From NCBI RefSeq assembly GCF_009914755.1, contig NC_060935.1: a stretch of 64,000 nt of DNA, one strand, 5' to 3'. Shown piece after piece: positions 52,899 through 64,000 of the stretch. Position 1 is the first letter of the stretch; the number at the start of each line of letters is the position of its first letter. The DNA comes from the human T2T-CHM13v2.0 reference genome, Homo sapiens. A model generated the notes under the pieces. It saw only the letters and a program-made list of their open reading frames with translations. It was not told where the DNA came from and searched no databases. A program made the translations under genes and the position numbers.

Positions 52899-53812
52899 TT
52901 AGTGCAAACCCATCTTTGAGGCAAGTTGAGGGTCTTCTTCACAGAGATGCTTGATAAATTTGCAGCAAGACTTGGGTCCTTTTCCAGTAACAAGGTCAAT
53001 CAAGACTCGAGCCTTATCCATGACAGTGTCATTTTCATCTCTCACTTTGTTCATGTCTTCCTGGCTAATAACTTCATCCTCTAATAGGCAATCCAGCAAG
53101 GCATTTATTGTGCCTGCACCCACTGAATGGATAAAAATTCTTCTCTTTTTACGCAAGAGTTGGTCTGTTGGAAGCACAAAGATTCCTCAAATAATGAACA
53201 TGACACAATTTCCCTCTCAATTTACCAACAGGGTAACAATCATTTAAACATTTCTCTCCACAAGTACAGTAATCCCAAGGAACGGTCTTATACCTTTGCA
53301 TTTACTCCACGTACTTCCTTCTGATTCTAGCATTACCTACATATGCTCACTGAGTGACCTGGGAAACTTGACTTCATGATTTTTCTGTGAATCTCCTAAA
53401 AATCAGAAGTCATTCTATTCTGACACATCCCAGTTTCTTGAATTTTGAAGGGAATTGACAGTTTCATGAATTTTGAAGGGAATTGACTGTTTCCTTTGAG
53501 AACAACAGCTACTGATACCCATCCTGTGCCCATTCTCATCCTGAACTACATAACTCTTCAAATGTGGACAACACTAGCAAAATTATAGCAGATACCAGTA
53601 GGATCCCAGATTCTTCCTGGCCTTTATCTGTTCCTTCAAAAACGCTGTGCAAGTCTGGGCATCTTCCCACCCTGCCTCTCCCTTCTTCTTTCTCTCTCCA
53701 CCCCAAGGCTGCCCACACAAACCTTCACAAAGCCTAATGAGAAAGGCAGTCCTTTCCCAAACTAATTCCTCCCTAAGACCTATCCTCTTACTGGGGAAGA
53801 CTCACCAGCCAT
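52899..53812 (-). CDS. CARD18: CARD18 (ICEBERG), CARD-only protein, 90 aa; join(53806..53812,52899..53164)
   Basis: gccATGGCTG|gtgag; caacag|ACCAACTC...; MADQLLRKKRRIFIHSVGAGTINALLDCLLEDEVISQEDMNKVRDENDTVMDKARVLIDLVTGKGPKSCCKFIKHLCEEDPQLASKMGLH*. Confidence 0.97.
53431..53493. repeat. 28-bp tandem duplication in CARD18 intron 1
   Basis: cagtttcttgaattttgaagggaattga / cagtttcatgaattttgaagggaattga / ctgtttc. Confidence 0.9.
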
Positions 53813-54206
53813 GGCTCCTCACGTTGGCACTTGCAATGTGTGTTACACTTGCAATGACAGGCAAGGTAGCTCTATCCTTTTAGGCAGGGCGTGTACACAG
53901 ATCAATGAACAATACTTACACCTACACATGTGTATTTATAATTATTGCCCAAGAAGCTGTTAACTATTGTCATTTCCCAAGGTATTTTTACACAATTGAA
54001 TCTCAGATTGTAGCATGAACTGTGCCCATAAGAAAATTGCTTTACCATTCCTTGGTGGGTGAGAAACAAGAATAGGAGAGAATTGAGAAGGCACATACAG
54101 AGCTAAACACATGCAGTAAACAATCTTTAATTCACTGAGATTTAAATGGAAAGTAAAATCACAGTATAGGGTAGTTGTGCCACCTAAATCAAGTACTAAG
54201 AGTTCC

Positions 54207-54935
54207 TTTTTTAAATTGTGGTAAAATACACATAATATAAAATTTACCATCTTAGCCATTTTACAGTATCCAGTTCAGTGGCATTAAGTACATTCACATT
54301 GCTGTGTAGCCATCAATATCATCCAACTGTAGTTGTTTTCATTTTGGGAAATTGAAACTCTATACTCCTTAAACAGTAACTCTCTATCCTTTCCTTCCAT
54401 CAGTCCCTGGCAACTAACATTGTACTTTCTGTCTTTATGAATTTGACTTCTCTAGGTATCTCATGTAAGTAGAATTATACAGTATTCATTTTTTGATGCC
54501 TGACTTATTTCACTTAGTGTAATGTCCTCGGTGTTTATTCATGTTGTGGCATGGGTCACAATTTCCTTTCTTTCTGAAGTTGAATAATACTCCATTCTAT
54601 GTATGTACCACATTTTAGTTTACCCATTCTTCATTGAGCACAAATTTCTTCCCTTTTGCTATTGTAAATAACACTGCTATGAACATGGTATACAAATATG
54701 TTTTTGAGATTCTGCTGTCAATTATTTGAATATATACCCAGAAGTGGAACTGACAAATCATAGAGTAATTCTATTTCATTTTGTTTTGTGAAATCGGTAT
54801 GCTGTTTTCCATAGCAGCTGCACTGTATTACATTCCCACATATAAAGCAGAAGCGTTCCAGTTTTTCCATGTCCTCACCAATACATATTATTTTTCTGTT
54901 CTTTTGATAATAGCCATCCTAATGGGTGTGAGATG
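54207..54935 (-). mobile_element. L1M 3' end, antisense
   Basis: aaatttaccatcttagccatttt...agccatcctaatgggtgtgagatgg. Confidence 0.85.
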
Positions 54936-55107
54936 GACTAAGACTTCTTACCTTCCTTTCATTGTTTTTTACCTAAGCTCTAGGCAGTCTCCAGACGCAG
55001 AAATGGTGTATGAAGCAGTTTTGCTATTTGGAATAAAAGTGCTTTGTTACGTAAGGCTCTTTTTCTTCAGATGGCACCATTTTAAGTAACACTGTATTAC
55101 AAAGATT

Positions 55108-55300
55108 AAGGGCACAGACTCTGAAGCCAGAATGGTTGGATCCATATTTTAACTGCTGATCTTAGGAAAGGAAATTAACCAAGCTTTAGTCTTCCCATCT
55201 GCCAGATAGGTTTGATGATAATTCCTACCTTGCAGTTTTATTGCAAGTATTTAATGAACAAATATAAGTCATTAAAATAGCCCCTGGCATAAAGGAAGCA
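55108..55300 (+). mobile_element. MIR (followed by an L2 fragment at ~55340-55520)
   Basis: gcacagactctgaagccaga...cctggcata. Confidence 0.65.
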
Positions 55301-58016
55301 CCTCAATTATTATATATGTCCATGTAAAATCCCCTATTCATCTCATCAATTCATTCAACATAAATATTCAGCATAGTTATTTACTGAGACCCAAGTCTAT
55401 GTGCCATACATTATTATAGATGCTGGGGATGTAGTAATGACCAAAAACAGACAAAAATTCCTACCCTATTAGAAGTTGTATGATAGTAGGAGAGACACAT
55501 ATACTCATTAAATGTATACAAAATATTTTAAGAGTTCTTTAAAGAAAAATATTCTCAGAAGATTGGGGGAATCACATCTTTGGTAAAATATTTGTATTAG
55601 CTTATATATGTGACATAATTTGATAAATATTTAAAATCTGGGCAAGGTGCTACAGCTTATGTGCCCATGGGCCCAGGAATACACCAAATGAGGTGAATTG
55701 GAGAGGGGAGGCTGTGCCTATCTGGTAAGGGTAGTCCTCTCTGAAGGGGCAGGGCTCCTCAGACCCAACTAATTTTGGCTAAGAGAATGAAAATTCAGTT
55801 TACTTTTTCATTTTAAGGGTACTTTATCTCTAATTTTAAAAATACTTTCAGTTGGTTTACTATTGTTTTAAAACACTGTGAAAATTAAACAAAGCTTGCC
55901 TGTGGTTCACATTTTACCTGAAGTCTGCCAATTTGCTTTCTGCTTTCTTGGCAAATAATTGCATTTATTTTCTTGGGAATAGACATTTCTATCTTGGTAG
56001 TATATAGTCAAACATTGTGGAGATTTTAATCTTTGACTTCTTTGACTTTTTTTTCTTTTTCTCCCTACTTTTCCAATCTAGCTTATAGCAGGCTCTGTGT
56101 CCTCTTGCTTTAGGGAATATTTATGGCAGGATAGAAATTAGAGATGGTCTGAATGAAACTGGGATCTGGAACAAGAAGAAGACAAATCACAGAAAGAGTG
56201 GAACATCACTGTGGAAATCACAGAGAGAAGAATATTATCCTGGTTCTCCACCAGCCAGGAAAGCACACCATTCTATGGAAGTACAGGAGATGGTGCCTGA
56301 CAATAGCTGGTGGCCAACTGATACCTCTAGAAAGCAAAACTGTAAGCACGAGGATTCCCAAACTCACATATGCTTCCCAGATCTCTCAAAGCTAAGCAGA
56401 GAACTCTTAGATATGCCACTCTATTGCTGACTTCAAAATGAAAGTGCCCATGATTATAATGTTTGAATGGAAAAGGCAGGATTTCCTTTTCCTGTTTTTC
56501 TGGAAAACACTCAAGTATGTGTAAGCCTGGTAAGACTACAAGAAGAGAATAGAGACCTCATAATAACTAAAAGTGGAATTATCTACTACCCTATTTGTAA
56601 AGGCACTTACTCCAGAATATAATTTGAATTGAGATATAATTATCATAAAATAAATAAATTACATGATAAGCAACAGGTAGTGTTTTAAAGGATGAGTGAT
56701 GACTTGAAAATTTAGATCTAGGCTCGTTTCAGATTTCTGGAATTTTATTTGCACTAGCAATTCAGATTTGTCATTAGGAAAAGAGTATTTGTTACTTTTG
56801 TGGGAGTAGGGAGCAGTTATGACATGAAAGCATAAGTTATCTAGTTGCCACCTTTACTTATGTCATTTATAACTCTTTGAAGATACTCAATGTTCCATCT
56901 TTCATTCCTCTGTTCTTGGGTATAAACATTCTGGAACATATCTAGTGACTATACATTAGTGGGAGCACAAATCAAATGTAAGATTTTTTTTTTCAGAAGC
57001 CTTCCCCTCTTCCCAGATTTGGAGTCAAATCACCCATTCAAGTGTACTTTGTTAGTTGCATGAGATGATGAATGACTTAGTTAAAACTATCTAAGCCTCA
57101 GTTTCCCCATTCAGACACTTCCCGCATCTATATCATTACTATTCCTAGATTTATTATGACTATTTAAGATAATGTATATAAAATCATTGCCTGGCCATAT
57201 CTAAAAGAGGCTGCTCTTAAATTAGCAATAGTCTTGAAGGAAGAAGGTACCCTGGTACCTTATATTTCTTTATAAAATGCTTACAGATTTCTCTATAGTA
57301 GACAAGATGAAATATATGTCCATTTTATGAAAAATACTAATTACCAGAGGTTCAGAGATGCACCTGGCACAAGGGGCCTCTCACTCAATCCTAGGCTCTG
57401 TGTGATATGCTACATGTTCCTCATCCTAGCACTGTGGTTGATTACATGAAGAAAATCAGCTGGTAAAATAGGACTCAGTGCCTGCCCTTGAGGAATTTAA
57501 AATAATTTGGCACTGATAAGGCATAAACACAGGAAAATATTGTATGACAATACAGGAGAAAATGGACTAAGATGCTATGAGGTATCAGAGATGGGAGAAT
57601 TAAATATAATCTGAAGCAATCAGGAAGATTTTACATAGGTAACATAAAATCTTCCCAGAATCTGCAGGATAAAAACGTTTAAATAAGCACTGAAAGAGGT
57701 TGCTAATTTGCTGATAGCTTGCCCTCTTCTAGGTAATATAGTAGGCTGTTTAACCAGCCAGACAACACTAGAAAAACAGCATTTGCATCCTAGCTTTGCA
57801 GATGAGGAAATTGACACTTCCAGAAAATGAACCTCTTACTCAAGATAATGAAGTCAAGGGGTGTGAAAAATGTGATTTGATTACTTAAGTTGAAAGACCA
57901 CAACGGTGTATCTGTACAAAGTAGAGCTGAGAGACCTGGACAATTCAGACACTGAGAATAATAGGAACAAAATTAAGAGGAGCAAATCATGGGAATGAAG
58001 GAAAGGACATAAAGCC

Positions 58017-58455
58017 TTTTTATTTATTTATTTTAGATTCAGGGGGTGTATGTGCTTGTTTGTTACATGAGTATTACATGGGTAATGGTGGAGATTGAGC
58101 TTCTAATGTATCACCCTAATAGTAAACATTGTACCTAACAGGTAATTTTTCAACCCTCCCACCCTTTCCTATTTTAGAATCCCCAGAATCTATTTTCTCC
58201 ATCTTTATATCCAAGTGTCCCCATTGTTTAGCTCCCAACCTCTATAGAAAACTCAAATAACTGAAAATAGAACTCTATAGATATCCCAAAGAACTAAAAA
58301 TAGAATGACCATTTCACCCAGCAATTTCACTACTCGGTATCTACTCAAAAGAAATGAAATCATTATATTAAAAAGACACTTGCACATATATGTTTATCCC
58401 TGCACTACTTACAATAGCAACCTAAGTACCCACCAACAGTTGATTGAATAAAAAA

Positions 58456-58505
<50 letters not shown>

Positions 58506-58878
58506 TACTAAATGCTATACAACCATAAAAAAGCATAAAGTCCAGTTCTTTGCAGTAACATCGACGGTCATTATCTTATTATCTTCAGTGAAGTAACTCA
58601 GACACAGGAAGTCAAATACCATGTGTTCTCACTTATAAATGGGACCTAAACAATGGGTACCATCGACATACAGAGTGGTGTAATAGACAGTGGAGACTCC
58701 AAAAGGTGACAGAATGGATGAGGTTTGAAAAAAAATACTTATTGGATACAATTTCACTATTCAGGTGCTGGGTGCACTAAAACCCCAACTTCACCACATT
58801 GCAGTATATTCATGTAAGAAATATCAGTTGTACCCCTAAGTATATAAAAGTAAAAATAAAAAAATTAAAAATAAAAAT
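58017..58878. mobile_element. Two L1 3' ends in opposite orientation (antisense 58017-58240, sense ~58245-58878)
   Basis: T-rich start and A-rich end; L1 3'UTR motifs. Confidence 0.8.
58459..58502. repeat. (AT)n microsatellite
   Basis: About 22 perfect AT units. Confidence 0.97.
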
Positions 58879-60454
58879 CCTATGTTTAGATGATTGGTGG
58901 TGTAGATATGAGGGGAAAGAATTTAGCTGGATTACTAGTTAATGTAATAGTTAAAGTTTATTTTAGAATAAAATTTTGAAACATGTGGTTACATGTAAGC
59001 AAACTAAAATATATCTATGGCACAAGATAATAAATACTACTGGTGTAAATAGAGTGAATTTCTGACTCTAAACTTCTTATGCATATTTGGAAGGATTTTG
59101 AGCAGAGAAAATTTAATTTGTTAGCTTAAGTACTTGAAAGAGTGACTCATCTAAATTCCTATGCATGAAATGTCATTGCCTATGAGTTGCATTGCTCAGT
59201 GTTTGAATGTGGTACAATAAGAGTACTGTCAATTTAAGTGTAGGCTAAACCCTCGTGTACCTCATGCTAATAACAGATCGATCCAAGTTAAAGTAGATGC
59301 ATATAAGTCACTCAAATAACTGGTTTCACCATAGTTAATACTATTTTCTAAATGACAGTCATCTGTAATGATGAATAACCTGCTCATGTGCTTTCTTGGG
59401 TTAGTACATGTAAATTAATAGCTTCTTGAAAGTTGCTATACCAACAGTATTTAAATCCTTACCTCTTGCATTATAGAAACTATACTTTGATTTGCTTACC
59501 TTTTTTTATCTCTAATTCACTTTATTGTGATATAATTTACATGCGCTTATGTAAACCCATTTTTTGTGTAAAGTTCAAAGTGCTTTGCTAAACGTGCACA
59601 TTGCCAAAGTCTACTTATAGAATATTTACGTTATCTTAATAAGTCCAATTTCAGTCAGTTATAGAAAACCTAAGGTCAAGGAAACCACTGATGTGATTAC
59701 TAACTATCACCAGGGATTAGCTTTGCTTGTTCTTTATTTTCATATAAATGGGATCATACGGTATGTACTGTGGGTGTAAGTTTCTCCTCAACTCTGAGTC
59801 TACCAGGTTCTACCTTGCTTCTGCGTCTCTGTGCTGTGCCCTGTAATCCCCCTCAAGATAATTACAGGGCTCACTCATGTTTATTTTCCAGGGATCAGTA
59901 TTCCTCATTGTTAAGCAAATTGGAAGCTGCTGCTTCATATATTTTGTCTGTTTTTGTTTGTTTTAGACAAGAGTGTAAATCCAGTCTCTATTAAGCCATG
60001 TTGACAGAAAGTAGACGTCTCACGTCCTTAATTTTAACTATAAATTTTCACCTCGGGTTTCATGTACTACAGCCTAACTTTAGAGACATTCCTTCTTTCC
60101 ATTCTCATAAAGACCTCTTCCTCTCAGTCCTCTGAAATTTCAGTCTCAAGGTTTTGTTCCATAAAACCTTATTTCAGATTCTTCTTTCACTCACTTGCCA
60201 CTTCCTTCCTTATCTCTTCCATTGGCCAGTAAATATTTCTGTTTTTACGCCAATCAAAAATAGACACAATTTACCCTATTTCATCAAACTTTGACTTTAT
60301 GAACAAACACATCTAACATAGAATTTCTTCTGTGTTCTGTTTTACAGAACCCTGTTATTCTTTTCCCTAGAATTTGGAGATAACCTATTTTTGAGTACTG
60401 CACTTTGTACCATCTATAATTGCTGCTGGAATTTTAGTTATAAAAGCAGGGACT

Positions 60455-60794
<340 letters not shown>

Positions 60795-62124
60795 TTATCT
60801 GGATCAGAACGTTTCAGTTCTTGTTTATACAGGAACTCAGTAAATATTTATCAAAAAATTTTTACACCAAATGTTTTCCACAATCTAAATATATAATCGA
60901 CTATTATTCCACATCACAGGTTATCTTCACAGTTTATTTTTTTCTCTATGAGGAAAAAATATTTGTATCTCTTTTATCTCTCAGATTTTTAATATTTCAA
61001 TACATATATTCAGCATGTATTGACTTTCTTTGCTATCAGAACTTAGTGTTTGGGTATAATTAAAAAGCAAAACATAGCACAATGTGAATAATTTACATAA
61101 AATATGTTTGTGTATCATTTGTGTAAAATATGTAGGTGGCTTATCATATACATTTGTTTTGGCTTGTATGAATAAATAAATGAATGTAACATATAATATG
61201 GGTCTTACAAATATTTCCACAAGGTAACAACAACAAGAATATATTTGGAGTTACTTTATGAGTTGTGTGATGAAGAGCGATCCATGTGCACTTCTCCAGA
61301 AAATGTTATTTTTGAATAAAGGAAATAATAAATCCTAAATAAAGAAAATAATAAATGCTTTATCCTTTTTTTAAAAAAAAGTCGAAGATTGTAAATAACA
61401 AATTAAATCAAGTAGGAAAAATAAAGGCTCAAATTTCTTTGTCCATATAAAAAGAGTAACATGATGGGCTTAGATTATTATAAAAGACACATGCAAAGGT
61501 TGTAGCATCACGGGTGAAGGAATAGGGCTCTAGAATCATAGTTCTGTAATTCAGAAGGCAAAACTATTATTTTATATTTGATACTATGTCATGTTTCCTA
61601 GAAAATATTATTTTATTTGATCTTCAAAATTTACTCAAGGCAGAACAGCTGCAAAGTGATACAGTAGCAACTGAACCCACATTTGTGCTGAAGATTCTTC
61701 TATACCTTCCTACAGATGCCCTTTTCTGATAACAGACCAGCCAGTAGGTAACACTGAGGATGCTTTACCTCAGTTAACATTGACTGGTCCATTTCCCATA
61801 GCAGTCATGGACAGAGACTACATTTGCTAAGGCACATTGGGGCTAAATATTAAATATGTCTACATGTCTAGACAAAATAATTAAATAAATAATATATTAA
61901 ATAAGAATAAGGTTTTGCTTGAGCATTTTAGAAATTCTGTCTGCTCTGCCCAGGCCTTGAACACCACTTGAAATACTCTACTCTCTACTATACTATCTCC
62001 TTTTAAAAATTATATTACCTTAAATAAGATGATTTGGGGAATTGGTCTTTTATATATAGTGCTATGTATATATATATTTCAATTTTTTACCCATTTAATA
62101 CATATGATACTTGTATGATGTGGA

Positions 62125-62260
62125 TAATATTATTAATCTCATTTTACAGATAAGAAAAATGAAGCACAGAGCTTGAACACCTTCCCAATGTCACAAAGCA
62201 AGGAAGTGGCAGAGCCAGAATTCAAATCCAGGTGGCCCAGCTGCAGAATCTGGTTCTTCA
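62125..62260 (-). mobile_element. MIR
   Basis: cattttacagataagaaaaatgaagcacagag...ggcagagccagaattcaaatccagg. Confidence 0.8.
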
Positions 62261-62879
62261 TCATTATTCCAGACCGTCTCTCAGAACCTGGTTGTAGAAA
62301 AGATGACAGGTGTCCGGCAAATTAAACTCTTACTAGAGCTTGATACAGTCTATTGATCGTTAGCGTTAGCTTAGTGTTATTATCTTATACAGCCCTGAAA
62401 ACAGGTTCTGTGCCACATGTTTCCTTTTGTATTTTTTATACTGCACCCTCACAAGTGAGCTAGATAGCAAAGGCAAGTAATAGCTTCTTCACCTCATGAA
62501 TAATGAGCCTGCATACTTGCCAAGAGATGAGATGAATCAGAATGAGAGTCCAGTTTTTCTCATCCCTAGGCCAGCTCTCTCTAGTATCACAAGCCATCTT
62601 TCTTGTGAGCATTGCGCCAAGTCTTCTGAGAAGACAAGAAAGGTAATATTGACGGGAGAGGGAGGTCTGCTTTCAAAACGCTAAGTGTAGACTGAAGGAC
62701 AAAAGCATAAACACAGGGGAAAATATATGACAACAAAAGAGAAGTCGAAAATCCTCTAAAGGGCAAGACAAGCTAAGAGTGCTATAAATGGACTTTAGAA
62801 AAACATGGATTTAAAAGTGCTCAGGGATTTAAAGAATGACAGGGTTTTGAACACACAAATGAAGAACAAAGGGGACTAT

Positions 62880-63110
62880 ATTTAAGGAGAGCCTACTGTG
62901 TGCCAGGCATTGTGGTGAGTGCTTTATGTACAATGGGCATTGTTCACTCAGCACCACAGTGAAGAAGATGTTAGTGCTATATTCCCATTTTACAGATGGC
63001 AAACTGGCCTCACCCACATTAAAACTCCTGCATGAGGTCACATTGTTAATCTCCAGTGGATATCAAACTTAAGTTCACTCTTCCAATTGCAAAACCCAAG
63101 CTATTTCATG
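62880..63110 (-). mobile_element. MIR
   Basis: cctactgtgtgccaggcattg...cccattttacagatg. Confidence 0.75.
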
Positions 63111-64000
63111 TGCAAATACAAGAGACGGAAAGACATTTCATGCCTATAGAATGGCATAAAAATTGAAAGCACAGAAATCGGAATGCAAACCATAAAAACA
63201 AAATTATCTAGATAAATTGGTTTCTTTACAAGGCACTTATCACTAACTGATACTTTCTTTCATTTATTTATTTGTTATCTATCTAGTTCTACAAAATGGG
63301 CTTCTAGAAATAACAACTTGTCCATCTTCTTTGCTTCAATACCCACATCACCTAAAACAATGGTCACATCACATTAAACAAATGTCATCAGTATATATTG
63401 TAAAATATAAATGATTTAGAGTGAAAGGAAGAATATATATCAAATACAGCAAATGTATAAATGAAAATTAATTTAGAAAAATATTTGATAATATAGGACA
63501 ATCAGTTTAAAATGTGAAATTAAATGGAGATAAATGTCAAAGAATATGAATTACTGAGTTAATCATAACACATTTCTTCATTTATTTTCATCCATTAAAT
63601 ACTTATTTATTGAGTATCTAATAAATATCAGGTAACTGAATTAGAATATAAGGATTTATTAGTAAAACAAAAATACAGTATTAACCTTGTCCATAAGGAC
63701 TTTTGCTGACTAATAGAGAATGTGGCCATGTGAGTTAGTAATTAAACCACAATTGAAGTTACAAAATTAAAGTCTGCATGGCTGGGAGGTAATGCATGTA
63801 ATCCATTGCTCCTCTACTAGATGAACAGGTCTGGCAATAGCTTATTTCAGAGAACAAAAGCCTCAGGTTATTTCATTCTTTCATAAGTTTAATGTGGACC
63901 AGAACAATTTTAGATTGTATACATCTTAATTCACTCAAAAATATTTATTTTGACACTACTAATTACATATTATACTCAGTGAGAATAGTATAAGTCAATA

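Noticed and set aside
57510-57590. Similarity to 62690-62790 (gcataaa..cacagg..aaaata..tatgacaa)
   Set aside because: Short and degenerate; most likely remnants of an old repeat

Overview
AT-rich, repeat-dense mammalian genomic DNA that I recognise as the human inflammatory-caspase cluster (chr11q22.3). All genes are on the minus strand. (1) CARD17/INCA has a 110-aa CARD-only ORF in 3 coding exons (15497->13446), followed by the decayed CASP1-like exons 4-10 (11674->~5795). (2) A CASP1 3' fragment (exons 8-10, probably CASP1P1, 37415->~35990) lies in an ~8.5 kb segmental duplicate of positions 1-8482. (3) CARD18/ICEBERG has a 90-aa ORF (53812->52899) and its own 3'UTR exon. The rest is L1, Alu, MIR, L2, Tigger4a, THE1 and LTR8/HUERS-P1 sequence. 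Most notable observation: downstream of CARD18 are two highly diverged caspase exons, 48064-48125 (exon-3-like) and 46505-46620 (exon-4-like, exactly 116 nt, reading EVHD...KFCPKEHF). They suggest CARD18 is the surviving head of an ancient longer caspase gene. CARD17 and CARD18 both place their stop codon at the exon end, a position expected to avoid NMD. All comparisons with CASP1 and repeat consensus sequences rely on my recollection of those sequences and on alignment by eye; nothing was computed or searched.
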